Virus record (IMG/VR): IMGVR_UViG_3300033998_000095
Span: 1-64,000 of that record
Source of the DNA: a virus
DNA length: 64,000 nt
Direction: 5' to 3' (one strand)
Position numbers and translations under genes: made by a program. The notes below the pieces were generated by a model that worked only from the letters and a program-made list of their open reading frames with translations, ran no database searches and was not told the DNA's origin. Shown piece after piece: positions 21,379 through 31,397 of the stretch. Numbering within the stretch: position 1 is the stretch's first letter; every line of letters begins with the position of its first letter.

Positions 21379-23115
21379 TTATTTCTTATTTTCCTCTGCT
21401 TGTGTTCCTTTAAATACATCTCTTCCAACAAAGATATCAATTAAAATATTCCACAATGCTTTAAAAAATTGAATTTGAGCATAAATTAATACTGGTATAC
21501 TTGCTTTTACTACTAAAGGCTGACCAAGCGTTACTCCAAGTGAAAACAGAACATTTGCAGTTACAGCTGCAAAAAAGTTTTTAACTACACTTAAAGCTGT
21601 TTTTTTAGTTGATTGGAATAATGTTGGTATCCTCTTTTTGAGACTATTATAATGTTTGTCAATTTTAGATAAATTTTTGACTAATAAGTTAGAACTAATA
21701 AAACCTATAGCAATATTAAAAGCAAATTTATTTAATCTCTTATCATTAGCATAAACTGGGTTCTTTTTTGCCTCTGTTAAAATAAAAGTATATAACATCT
21801 TTGCATAGCTTAATATTGTATTTAAGATCGTCTCAGCTGGCTTCTGATCTTCAGGTAAAATATCAACTAACATCTGAAAAGCAATTTCTATACTATCTTC
21901 AGTGGGTGGTAAAGAATTGATTTGATTTACTAATGAGTCAGCTTCTGGACTCTGCGTCTTTTTAAGAATACTATCAAGTTGTTTTAAAGCATTTACTGTA
22001 GATGGTTTGGCTTCAATTACTCTACTTTCTTCTGTCTCAATAGGCTCTAAAGAATTTAATAAATCTGAAAATGTTAATGCCAAGAATGTGATTCTTTGCA
22101 CCTCATGATCATAGAATACAACAGTTGGATTTTTATCTTTCTTATTCTTGTACAGGAAACAAAAATAATTGCCATACCCGTCACTGCCAAATGGGAATAG
22201 AAGACCGTTGCTTTCTTTTTCAAATAATCGATAATAAATTAAAACGAAATCTTCATCCTCTTTATTTAGACTATGTAAATGATCAATTTCAGTTTCGATA
22301 TCAGGCAGTCCAGAGGGGATAGGTGTTCCTCCATTATGTTGTAATACACAGACAACGTAGTCATCTGGCAACATCAAACCAGTTTCTTTCTCTACAAATA
22401 GCACATCATCCATCGTTATAGGACTACTAAGATTTATCCACTTCAATGGTTTGGCTTCAATTACTCTACTTTCTTCTGTCTCAATAGGCTCACTTGTATT
22501 GGCCATACCTTCAATCATACTATATTGTGCAGCATATATACTGAAAGCAGCGTGTATTAATGCTGGAATTGCTGTGAATACTGTTTCTGTTTTACCCAAT
22601 ACAGCAGCAGCTGAAAGAGTTAAATCTGTAATTTGTTTTCCAACAATAATATCTAATACTTTCTCAGCATCTTCTTCAGAATCAAACAGATTAGGTATCT
22701 GCTTAGCCATAAATTGATAACGTTTTTCAACATCTTTTGCATCACCAGCAAAGAGATTTGAGCATGCAAATCCAAGTGCCATAAATAGTGCTAATTTGTC
22801 AATACTTTCATTATCTAATGCTTCATTTTCACTTTTTACAAGATCAAAAAGTTTTTCACATTTAGACAATATAGCATCTAATATCTCCTGAGCAGGTGCT
22901 TTATCTTCAGGTAGATTATCAAGCAACATATTAATACCTATATTAATATTGCTTTTAGTTGGTTTTAAAGAATCCAAACGTTTAAATAAAGTAGCTCCTT
23001 CAGAACTCTTTGTTTTGGATATAATTTTATTAATATTCTTCAGTAGATTACTTTCAGCTTCTTCTATTAGCTTATGTGCTTCTTTTATTCGTACAAATTT
23101 AGATGTTTGATTCAT
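21379..23115 (-). CDS. putative internal head polyprotein: two paralogous helical domains flanking an SMI1/KNR4 (SUKH) domain
   Basis: SUKH motifs LPDDY..NGG, FPFGSDGYGNYFCF, VVFYDHE, TFSDLL (22048-22445); duplicated linker EPIETEESRVIEAKP. Confidence 0.75.
   Translation of the reverse strand: MNQTSKFVRIKEAHKLIEEAESNLLKNINKIISKTKSSEGATLFKRLDSLKPTKSNINIGINMLLDNLPEDKAPAQEILDAILSKCEKLFDLVKSENEALDNESIDKLALFMALGFACSNLFAGDAKDVEKRYQFMAKQIPNLFDSEEDAEKVLDIIVGKQITDLTLSAAAVLGKTETVFTAIPALIHAAFSIYAAQYSMIEGMANTSEPIETEESRVIEAKPLKWINLSSPITMDDVLFVEKETGLMLPDDYVVCVLQHNGGTPIPSGLPDIETEIDHLHSLNKEDEDFVLIYYRLFEKESNGLLFPFGSDGYGNYFCFLYKNKKDKNPTVVFYDHEVQRITFLALTFSDLLNSLEPIETEESRVIEAKPSTVNALKQLDSILKKTQSPEADSLVNQINSLPPTEDSIEIAFQMLVDILPEDQKPAETILNTILSYAKMLYTFILTEAKKNPVYANDKRLNKFAFNIAIGFISSNLLVKNLSKIDKHYNSLKKRIPTLFQSTKKTALSVVKNFFAAVTANVLFSLGVTLGQPLVVKASIPVLIYAQIQFFKALWNILIDIFVGRDVFKGTQAEENKK
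22002..22491. repeat. exact 46-bp direct repeat (22002-22047 and 22446-22491) flanking the SUKH domain
   Basis: atggtttggcttcaattactctactttcttctgtctcaataggctc twice, 444 bp apart (in frame). Confidence 0.95.
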
Positions 23116-23243
23116 TTTATAATTCTTCCTCCTTTAATATGTTTAATATGCTCTATTATTTGTTATGCTTGATAATTAGATGTTTATATTGATCTTAAAA
23201 CCTCCTTTTTCAAGATTCTATATATAAAAAGAACATTATTTAT

Positions 23244-24867
23244 CATAAAGTGCAAGAAGACACCCACCTCTATAGGTGGGGGATGAATTGCACCTATAGT
23301 ACACAAAATCCTTTTCTAAACATATAAGGCTTAACTAAACTTGTTTTAACTGGTTTAGACAGTTCCACTAACCTAATATATTCTCCTTTGTTTTGTATGC
23401 CTTTAACGGTATACTTTTTACCATTAAAGATAACAATATCCTTAGGTTGGTAGAAATATCTTTGTTTGCGAATGTTTCTCCTTCCACTTGATTTTTTAAT
23501 TCCACGATACTTGCGAAAGCTTTCTTTGCTTAAATTCTTGTTTCGTGTTCTTCTGCCACAAAACAGTTCTTGTCCTGTTTTAATCAAATTATCTCTTATG
23601 TCGATATATTTTGCATCGTAGAATTTTTCAAGTGAACGATTATTTCGTCTGACTTGTTCAAAATAAATAGGTTCTATTCTTTGTTGACTATTACCACCTG
23701 CTATGCAAAATGCATCATTGTAGTGCGTCTTATCTAATTTAAGACTTATCCTTTTAGACTTAGTAATATATCCATAAGTATGACTACATTTTAATACATT
23801 AACTAATTTCCACCTTACAGTAGACATAAATGTTGCCTCTTTTAATGGCTTTTGTACAGGTTTCATTCCATATAGAATGTTGCCTTCTTTATGGTTTTTA
23901 GGTGTGTGGCATTTAGTGCAAAGTGTAATTAAGTTACTTGGTCTATCTGTTCTATCTTGTTTCCAATAGCCTATATGGTGTACTTCAAGTATGGTATCTT
24001 TTCTACCACATAGTTGACAGGTATAGTTATCCCTATACAGAACATATTCCCTAATATTCCAAAAGCCTTGTTGTTCACCTTGTTGATAGCCTTCACCTTC
24101 TACATTCGGATTTTTAAGTTTATGCGTATCAAAATTAGCTACTTCTATGACTATATTAGTTATAGGAAGTAGCTTTTTAAGGTACTCTATAAACCTAATA
24201 TGAGAGTCTAACTTATGCTTAATAGAAGGTGCAAGCCAACCTTCCTTTTTAGAAGATACTCTATTAGTGAATCGTGGTTTTCTATATCTAAGTTTGCTAC
24301 GTCTAATTCTACGATACATTAATCTTTCTTTAAGTAGTTCTGATATATCACCTCTTAGTTTAACTTCACCAGATATAAGTTCTTTCTTTTCAGTTATAGC
24401 TGAAAAACCTATATGGTTATACCCACTATCTATACCAAGTGTGATATTTTGTGTATAGGTAGTAGTATCATATAAAAGCTGAATAGTAAAAGGTTTAACT
24501 TTAACTACTTTAGCAAGTCCTTGCTTAAGTAGTCTTCTAACTTTACCATGCCTATTAGTTGGCATTAAAGGCTTTCCTTCAATAGATAGTACATATACCA
24601 CTTTAATAACCTCCTTGAAAGGTAAGTCAGGCTAAAGCCTGTAGGTCCACATCGCCAATGTTATATGGGGTTTTGTATGGCAGCAGCACTTCTCCTACCC
24701 TCAGAGATGTTTAACCACTGCCCTCAGAGCATAGGACTTGTGGAGCATCCTATGGTGACTATATATTCCCATATAACGTAGCTAAAGAGTAATCCTTTTA
24801 GCTTAGGCTAATCAACCGAGCTTGTTTTTCTACAAGCCCCCACCTCTATAGGTGGTGGGTAGTTGAC
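23244..24867 (-). mobile_element. IS200/IS605-family IscB element (non-autonomous, no tnpA)
   Basis: subterminal hairpins ccacctctataggtgg at 23264 and 24840; GTCAAC end at 24867; removing 23244-24867 restores the helicase end GAA GAA GAA TAA. Confidence 0.85.
23294..24601 (-). CDS. iscB: IscB RNA-guided endonuclease
   Basis: PLMP domain, RuvC-I GIDSG, Arg-rich bridge helix, RuvC-II IVIEV, HNH (CQLC..EVHH..NLITLCTKCH), RuvC-III HYNDA. Confidence 0.95.
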   Translation of the reverse strand: MVYVLSIEGKPLMPTNRHGKVRRLLKQGLAKVVKVKPFTIQLLYDTTTYTQNITLGIDSGYNHIGFSAITEKKELISGEVKLRGDISELLKERLMYRRIRRSKLRYRKPRFTNRVSSKKEGWLAPSIKHKLDSHIRFIEYLKKLLPITNIVIEVANFDTHKLKNPNVEGEGYQQGEQQGFWNIREYVLYRDNYTCQLCGRKDTILEVHHIGYWKQDRTDRPSNLITLCTKCHTPKNHKEGNILYGMKPVQKPLKEATFMSTVRWKLVNVLKCSHTYGYITKSKRISLKLDKTHYNDAFCIAGGNSQQRIEPIYFEQVRRNNRSLEKFYDAKYIDIRDNLIKTGQELFCGRRTRNKNLSKESFRKYRGIKKSSGRRNIRKQRYFYQPKDIVIFNGKKYTVKGIQNKGEYIRLVELSKPVKTSLVKPYMFRKGFCVL

Positions 24868-24883
24868 TCTTCTTCTATTTCTA
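24612..24883 (-). ncRNA. IscB omegaRNA (scaffold ~24612-24867; 5' guide ~24868-24883 TAGAAATAGAAGAAGA)
   Basis: structured non-coding region upstream of iscB beginning GTCAACTACCC..GGGGCTTG with GTTGATTAGCCT, CTACGTT, CTCTGAG, GGTTAAACA and AACATTGGCGATG blocks typical of IscB omegaRNAs. Confidence 0.8.
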
Positions 24884-26759
24884 CTGGTGGTTGTTTACTA
24901 CCCATAACAATAGAACTCATCTGTGCAGACCATTGCATTATATCATGAGTATGTGTGAGTATATTTGGTTTCTTTGTATTTAATAAAGCTTTCCATATAT
25001 ATACTTCTGTATCTTGACCAATTCTATGTATCCTATCAACAGCTTGCTGAAAATCAGCATCCCTATAAGGTAAATCTAAAAATATAGCTTGATTAGCTTC
25101 AATTAATGTAACACCAGTTGATAGCTTCTTTAATGATGCTATAAGCACATCTATGTCATCATATAATCTGAATTGCTTTAAAACTTCATCACTATCTTTA
25201 GTATCTCCAGTTACTACCACATGTTTAACACCTTTTGCATTTAATAAATTTGAAGTATTAGAGATAGTATCTTTAAATGTAGACCAAATAATGGTTTTCT
25301 TTTCTGCTTTATTAATAAGAGCAATTATAACATCTAAGTTTTCAGACACCATATCATTTATAGCTTGAATCTTACGTTTTGTATATATTTGACCCATTGC
25401 TTCTCCTAATGCTTTCATAATAGCATTAGTGATAGATACTTTTGTTTGTCTTAATAAATCTCTAAGACGTTTATCATATGTATTCAACCAATTAAAACAT
25501 ACATTGTAGATGAAATTAAATCTATTTATATCATCTATCTTTTTAATATCATAATTACGTATCATCTTCTTCATAAACTTAGCTTCTTTACGAGTTATAA
25601 CATTATTATTCTCACAATATTCTATTACTATATCAAAATCCTTTATATATTTATCAGTATTCTTAACAAGTTCATTAAAACGTTTCTCCATGTAATCATG
25701 CATATCTTTTACAATATTATCTATTAAATATTTTTCAGGATTTTTTATCTTTAGCCATAAATTAGCTATATGCTTTTCTGGTAAATTTAGAACTTCTGAT
25801 TTCAGCTTTCTGTCCATCATTATACTTAATCTATATTGCAAAATGTCATATGCAAATTCTCTATATTTCTTATATACGTTCATAAAAAGTCTCATAGCTT
25901 CTTTATCAAATAATGGATCCAATAAAGCTATTATTGGGATAAGCTCTGAAGCCAATGCCTTTATTGGTGTACCTGATAATGCCATAATATCATTTATATG
26001 CTTTGCATTTCTTAATGCTAAGATATCACCAGCACGTTTAGTATCCATATATCTAATATTATGAGATTCATCTATAATCATAGTAATATTTCCATCCAAT
26101 AAATAATCAACAGCTTTGTTTACTCTCTCATAATTACTTATTACGTAATCATAATCTGTTGAAACTGGATCTTCATCTACATATGCAATTTTGTATTTGG
26201 TTTTAAATACCTTACCAATTTCTTTTCTCCACACATCAACTACTGACTTAGGGCATATTATAAATACCTGTTTATTATCTATTACTTTAGCAGTAGCCAG
26301 AGCTGTAAATGTTTTACCAAGACCTTGTTCAAAAGCTAATATAGCCCCTCTTAAGTTAAGTTTGACTTTAGATTCAAAATAACTCTCAATAAATTCTTTC
26401 TGATATGGTTTTAATTCCCAGTTTAAATCATCAAGTTTAGAATAATCTATTGGAGGAATTGATTTGGTAACACTTATCAGCCAAGTATTATTTATTAATT
26501 GCTGAGCAATATTTATATAATTACGTTTTCTAAACTTATTTGCTAATTGCTCAAAAAGGTAATATACTTCTGGTGCAAAGAACTTATGAAATTGAAGAAT
26601 AGCTCTATGTTTAAACCATCTAGTCTTAATATGACCAAATAGGCCTATTTCATCCATTATGTTGGTTCCATATAATCTAACCATGTGCTTCATAAACATT
26701 TTATAATGTATATTATATACGTAGATGTATTTTTCATCTTCAGTTACATGAACAGCCAC
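24846..26759 (-). CDS. SNF2-family helicase/ATPase
   Basis: EQGLGKT, IIDESH, LSGTP, STGVTL, QAVDRIHRIGQ motifs; final residues STTHHL* come from the IscB element. Confidence 0.9.
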   Translation of the reverse strand: MAVHVTEDEKYIYVYNIHYKMFMKHMVRLYGTNIMDEIGLFGHIKTRWFKHRAILQFHKFFAPEVYYLFEQLANKFRKRNYINIAQQLINNTWLISVTKSIPPIDYSKLDDLNWELKPYQKEFIESYFESKVKLNLRGAILAFEQGLGKTFTALATAKVIDNKQVFIICPKSVVDVWRKEIGKVFKTKYKIAYVDEDPVSTDYDYVISNYERVNKAVDYLLDGNITMIIDESHNIRYMDTKRAGDILALRNAKHINDIMALSGTPIKALASELIPIIALLDPLFDKEAMRLFMNVYKKYREFAYDILQYRLSIMMDRKLKSEVLNLPEKHIANLWLKIKNPEKYLIDNIVKDMHDYMEKRFNELVKNTDKYIKDFDIVIEYCENNNVITRKEAKFMKKMIRNYDIKKIDDINRFNFIYNVCFNWLNTYDKRLRDLLRQTKVSITNAIMKALGEAMGQIYTKRKIQAINDMVSENLDVIIALINKAEKKTIIWSTFKDTISNTSNLLNAKGVKHVVVTGDTKDSDEVLKQFRLYDDIDVLIASLKKLSTGVTLIEANQAIFLDLPYRDADFQQAVDRIHRIGQDTEVYIWKALLNTKKPNILTHTHDIMQWSAQMSSIVMGSKQPPVEIEEESTTHHL

Positions 26760-26810
26760 ATTAATAATCCTCCAATCTTAATAATATATGCCATTAAGTA
26801 ATTTAATTAC

Positions 26811-27608
26811 CTATACTACGTTAGATGGTGGTAGATTTAAAGAATCTTTAAGTATTATCACTATCAATCCTATCAATATTTTTGCACAATCATTGGGTAA
26901 TGATACTTTAAATACTTTCTTAGCAACTTCTAATGCTACTATTGTAAAAGCAACTTCAGCAGATTTGAACATTGCAAATCTATCTTTGTATTTATTACAT
27001 ACACCAGCTATCTCACTTGCAGTACGCATATGAATACCTAATACTGCTATTATATTAGCTAATAACCATTTACTATTTTCATCTACATCTGTTATTGAAT
27101 TAAAAAGATTAAAAGCCTCTTGTACTGCTATATCAGTGTTCTCCCTATTAATAAACATATCAGCATCAGGAATTAATGACTGTATATATGCCAGATTATC
27201 TTTCATAGCATCTACTGTTTTATCAGAAGAGGAAACCTTTTCATATATCTGTTTTACAATATTAACTTCTTTTTCATCAACAGATGCAATTACATTAATG
27301 ATTGATTGAATAATATTTTCATTCAATCGTTTACTTTCAGTCACTCTTTTATTTTCTTCTGTAACTGTGATAAATGTTCCATTGTGTTCTTTACAGTGTA
27401 CTTTAGCTTCATTTTGATCCCATTCATCTTTCTTATATCTATATGATTGCTCACTAGTTGAAGTTGAACCTTTCTTTTTACCTAATACTACATAATAGGT
27501 CTTTCCTTCATGCTCCCTAGACATACGTTTAAAAGATTTATCATCAAATAAGTCAGCATCTTCTAATGTACAAATATATTCTGTCTTTGCCATTTCAATT
27601 ACCTCCAT
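26811..27608 (-). CDS. putative internal head protein (small N-domain plus helical domain related to 21379..23115)
   Basis: linker VTEENKRVTESKRLNE; C-domain resembles the repeated domain of 21379..23115. Confidence 0.45.
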   Translation of the reverse strand: MEVIEMAKTEYICTLEDADLFDDKSFKRMSREHEGKTYYVVLGKKKGSTSTSEQSYRYKKDEWDQNEAKVHCKEHNGTFITVTEENKRVTESKRLNENIIQSIINVIASVDEKEVNIVKQIYEKVSSSDKTVDAMKDNLAYIQSLIPDADMFINRENTDIAVQEAFNLFNSITDVDENSKWLLANIIAVLGIHMRTASEIAGVCNKYKDRFAMFKSAEVAFTIVALEVAKKVFKVSLPNDCAKILIGLIVIILKDSLNLPPSNVV

Positions 27609-27643
27609 ATTATCAATCTTTTAATTAAATAATATTCATTGAT

Positions 27644-27688
27644 TTAGATAAGAGGAGAGAGATTAATAGAATCTCTCTCCTCATCTAA
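27644..27688 (-). terminator. hairpin terminator after the tail sheath gene
   Basis: gaggagagagatt-aatag-aatctctctcctc. Confidence 0.7.
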
Positions 27689-27693
27689 TGGAA

Positions 27694-29307
27694 TTATTGG
27701 ACAGTAAGAGTAATACTAATAACTTCTATTGCGCCAGTTATTTGTAGATTAATCTGTACTTGGCATCTGTTAAGCTTTTTATCATAATCGTTTGCAAATA
27801 CATTTACTTTAAACCATTCAAGTGCTCTCTTGGATCTTAGTTCCCCAAGGAAGGCAGTCACGTTACCTTTGATCAATTCCCAAGTATATTCATCATTTAG
27901 ATCAAAGATATAATACTTTAAATTCCATTCAAGTACTCTCTTAATATACAATAATGTCAAAACAACGTGAATATTCTGTAAAGCACTTGGCCTAGATTGA
28001 GTAGTCCAGTTACCCCATATACAATCTCCACCATTGGACCATCTCATTATTGGATTAAGTTGATTTAACTTAAACTGATCTTTATATCCACCAACCAACT
28101 TATACCTTATATCTTTGATACCATCAACAACGCCTCTGGTCAATCCAGCAGTTGGCCACCATAAATCATAATCTCTATCTGTTTTAGCAAATGCTTTAGC
28201 AACATGATATATTGGAGAAAACCAATAATATTTACCAGTATATGCATCATATACTTTAGTATACATTTCAAATAATGCTGCTCTATAGTTATTATAATTA
28301 TGATCAGTTGTTCTAGTTTGGATAGCTGCAGCAGGAGAAGGATTATCTCCATTATCCAAGAATGCAAAACAATCTGTTCTTATATCACACAAATCTACAA
28401 TGGCATCTTTTACTGCAGTTGGATATCCTGCATCAAATACTACTGAAAACATTAAACACTCAGGATCAGTCAATTCATCATTTAGATTGCCAGTAAAAGG
28501 ATTTGTAAGTGTACCAGTGTATCCTCTTACCAGAAGTTGAGTGCCAACAGTCCAATCAAGAAATCCAGTAGTTGCATTAAAGAGGTTACCATCATCACCA
28601 TTTTTTAAATTAAGAAAAGTTGTAAAGGGAACAGACCAATCTTTAGTAGCGTCTATATTATCAGATACTTTAACTCTCAATAGTTGAGAATATTTATCTA
28701 AAACATATTCTACAAATAGACTTTCATTAGTATAATCTACAGCATCTTTGTCAAAGGAAATTAAGAATGATTCTGCTATAACATATTCTCCCTCAGATGT
28801 CTTTTGATAAATATCTATATTATAGCAACTAAACAGACCAGCATATTCTGAAGATGGTGTTAATTTAATAGCAACATCATTGTACCAAGATCCTCTTCCT
28901 ACTGGGTAAAATATTGCATCAGCATTACCATCAGTAATCTTTGTTGATATAGCATCTACTGAAGCTATATTCGTTAAAAACACTGTACTAACGCTATCAG
29001 TACCAACATTATATTTTAATCCCAAATTAGCAAATCCAGCAGTTTCTGGTAATACTCTCATTACATAAAGATTACCAAGAATGCTTAAATACTGTTTTGC
29101 TACATACCAACCTTGTCCATATTTGGCAGGATTACCTACACCATAGGTATTAATTAGATCTTGTACTGAAGTGGTCATCCTAGGTACATTATCAGGTCCT
29201 TTTTCTGAAAATAAACAAATAAATCCAATAGTACCTGGAAGTGGCTGCATAGTGAAAGATTCATCGACTATTGTAGTATAAACTCCTGGAAAAATATTTG
29301 TTGCCAT
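27694..29307 (-). CDS. tail sheath protein
   Basis: FPGVYTTIVD, SEKGPDN, FDAGYP, RTDCFAFLD, WWPTAGLTRG, LNPI, YIFDLND motifs. Confidence 0.92.
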   Translation of the reverse strand: MATNIFPGVYTTIVDESFTMQPLPGTIGFICLFSEKGPDNVPRMTTSVQDLINTYGVGNPAKYGQGWYVAKQYLSILGNLYVMRVLPETAGFANLGLKYNVGTDSVSTVFLTNIASVDAISTKITDGNADAIFYPVGRGSWYNDVAIKLTPSSEYAGLFSCYNIDIYQKTSEGEYVIAESFLISFDKDAVDYTNESLFVEYVLDKYSQLLRVKVSDNIDATKDWSVPFTTFLNLKNGDDGNLFNATTGFLDWTVGTQLLVRGYTGTLTNPFTGNLNDELTDPECLMFSVVFDAGYPTAVKDAIVDLCDIRTDCFAFLDNGDNPSPAAAIQTRTTDHNYNNYRAALFEMYTKVYDAYTGKYYWFSPIYHVAKAFAKTDRDYDLWWPTAGLTRGVVDGIKDIRYKLVGGYKDQFKLNQLNPIMRWSNGGDCIWGNWTTQSRPSALQNIHVVLTLLYIKRVLEWNLKYYIFDLNDEYTWELIKGNVTAFLGELRSKRALEWFKVNVFANDYDKKLNRCQVQINLQITGAIEVISITLTVQ

Positions 29308-29376
29308 ATTACATTCCTCCCAATAAAATTTTGTTTTTATTACTAAACTTAATATTACAAATAAAATAAAAGAATA

Positions 29377-30345
29377 TTATGACAAAAAAGATATCCCACG
29401 TGCACATATTGTTTGAATATTTGGATCAGCTAATAATTTAGCATTTATAGATAAAGCATAGATATATTGTGCCATAGGCTCACTTGTTACAAAAAGCTCT
29501 CTAAATATGGGCACAGGATATCTAAAATCTACCACTTTAACTGTACTTATAAGGGAATATGATGTATCTAAAGATTTAATAGATAATACTTTAAATTCAT
29601 ATCTATCAAGAAATTCCTGATTAAAGATCTTTAATCTGTGATTTTGATTTCTTACACATATAATAAACTCTTTAATAAATGTATCAAACCATTCTTTATA
29701 TGAGTCCAAACTTGGTTGATCTATATCACGTTGATTCAGATATTCTAAAGTATCTTTATATATTTCATTAAATAAATAGATAACTGTATTGATTGTATTC
29801 TTATTTATTTTTGACATGCCTTGAAGCATAGGTATTTCAAAATACTCAAGAATGATATTGAGATATCTTTTATACCATAATGATGCCAACATTTTAGACA
29901 TTGTAGATAATTGGGTAAATTCATAAAGTAATTTAAAAAAGAAATTCTTATAAAATGTATCATTTGATTCATAATTAATGAGAGAACCACGTTGATGGGC
30001 ATTATATGCATGGATACCACTATATAATATTGTGGCAAGGACTTTTCCAATGTTTTCTCCCATCATTCTTTTAAGTATATCTTTCTCATTTTTTAATAAT
30101 ATATTTTTAGCAAGAAAGTTTTTAACACTTGTAGATATATTATCTATTGCTGTAAGTATAAAAGATTCATCATAATATATTTTATTTGTTCTCCAATCAA
30201 ATATAACTCCATTAGGTGCTCTATTGCCTCTTGGATATATTCCTCCTGAATCCATTTGGCCTATAATAACTGTACTTAAAGGAGATTCTATTAATTTGTT
30301 TTCTTCAAGTTTGAGAATAAAATTTCTAAATGTTTCTGGCGTCAT
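29377..30345 (-). CDS. hypothetical protein
   Basis: 322-aa ORF with SD. Confidence 0.6.
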   Translation of the reverse strand: MTPETFRNFILKLEENKLIESPLSTVIIGQMDSGGIYPRGNRAPNGVIFDWRTNKIYYDESFILTAIDNISTSVKNFLAKNILLKNEKDILKRMMGENIGKVLATILYSGIHAYNAHQRGSLINYESNDTFYKNFFFKLLYEFTQLSTMSKMLASLWYKRYLNIILEYFEIPMLQGMSKINKNTINTVIYLFNEIYKDTLEYLNQRDIDQPSLDSYKEWFDTFIKEFIICVRNQNHRLKIFNQEFLDRYEFKVLSIKSLDTSYSLISTVKVVDFRYPVPIFRELFVTSEPMAQYIYALSINAKLLADPNIQTICARGISFLS

Positions 30346-30367
30346 TTACTTTAATCTCCTTATGATC

Positions 30368-31375
30368 TCATATAGTTATATTACTGAATATTGATGATAA
30401 AATAGGATATATCTCATTTACATAATGTGCAAAATCTATTCTATTATGCATATCATTATATGATGATAGATCAATATCATCACTGTTGATTATAGCTGTC
30501 ATGTTCTTTAACTTTAATTTTATGCTTGAGCCATCTGTAGTTTTATAAGCAAAATCTAATAATGAATCAGTATTATTAAATAAGAAAGTATCAATAATAT
30601 AATCCATATCACGTTCAGATGTAGCTAAACACAATCTGGATATTAGACTATAGAATATATTGGGGCTTAAAGAATCAAATCCTTTAAATGTAACCTGATT
30701 ATTTTTGTTTATTACACCAATCATATACTTTTGTTTAAAGAGTACCCATTTATAAACAGTTGTTGATATTTGACCATATATATCATAGATATCATTTAAT
30801 ATCCTCATTTTATATGGTTTTATATATGCTCCATCTACTTCACTTTTAATGATGTCCCCAATACGTTCAGCAACATACAATACATCATCATAAACCATAT
30901 ATCTTAGTTTATATAATGTATCAATACCCATACAATGAATAATAATGTTTGTTAGAAAATAATTATATAAAAATTTCTTTGCTCTTTTGGGAAGATAACT
31001 TGAGGATGCTAAAATAGTACACATCTTAGTATAAAGAGCTAATGCATCTGCATCTAATACTTGTTCAGCATACGTTGTAAATGCTCTTTGCATATCTATC
31101 TTTATAATATTAGATGTAAATAATTCTTGTTTTGGATATATGTACTTTATAATAAATTCATCATTAGGTTTAGATGGTGTTGTTCTTTTAGAATATGGTT
31201 TTAATTCTTTCCAAAATAAATTAATTATATTATTATAATTGGTTAAAATATTATTTAATACATCATATGAAACAATCCAATCATAATAATGCTTTACATC
31301 ATAAAGCAAAGTCTTTTCACAAACAATATATTTCATACCACATATATCTTTTAAAAAATGATAAAGGTTATACAA
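30368..31375 (-). CDS. small divergent family-B polymerase palm-like protein
   Basis: IIKIDMQRAF (motif A-like), IIKSEVDGAY (motif C-like), VTFKG. Confidence 0.45.
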   Translation of the reverse strand: MYNLYHFLKDICGMKYIVCEKTLLYDVKHYYDWIVSYDVLNNILTNYNNIINLFWKELKPYSKRTTPSKPNDEFIIKYIYPKQELFTSNIIKIDMQRAFTTYAEQVLDADALALYTKMCTILASSSYLPKRAKKFLYNYFLTNIIIHCMGIDTLYKLRYMVYDDVLYVAERIGDIIKSEVDGAYIKPYKMRILNDIYDIYGQISTTVYKWVLFKQKYMIGVINKNNQVTFKGFDSLSPNIFYSLISRLCLATSERDMDYIIDTFLFNNTDSLLDFAYKTTDGSSIKLKLKNMTAIINSDDIDLSSYNDMHNRIDFAHYVNEIYPILSSIFSNITI

Positions 31376-31397
31376 TAATAATCATCTCCCTTACTCT

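Noticed and set aside
22002-22491. 46-bp repeat as att sites or a target-site duplication of an autonomous element
   Set aside because: No recombinase or transposase lies inside or nearby, and the insert is a single in-frame protein domain; reported as a domain cassette instead.
29377-30345. GIHAYNAH as a zincin HExxH motif
   Set aside because: It lacks the catalytic Glu and the correct spacing.
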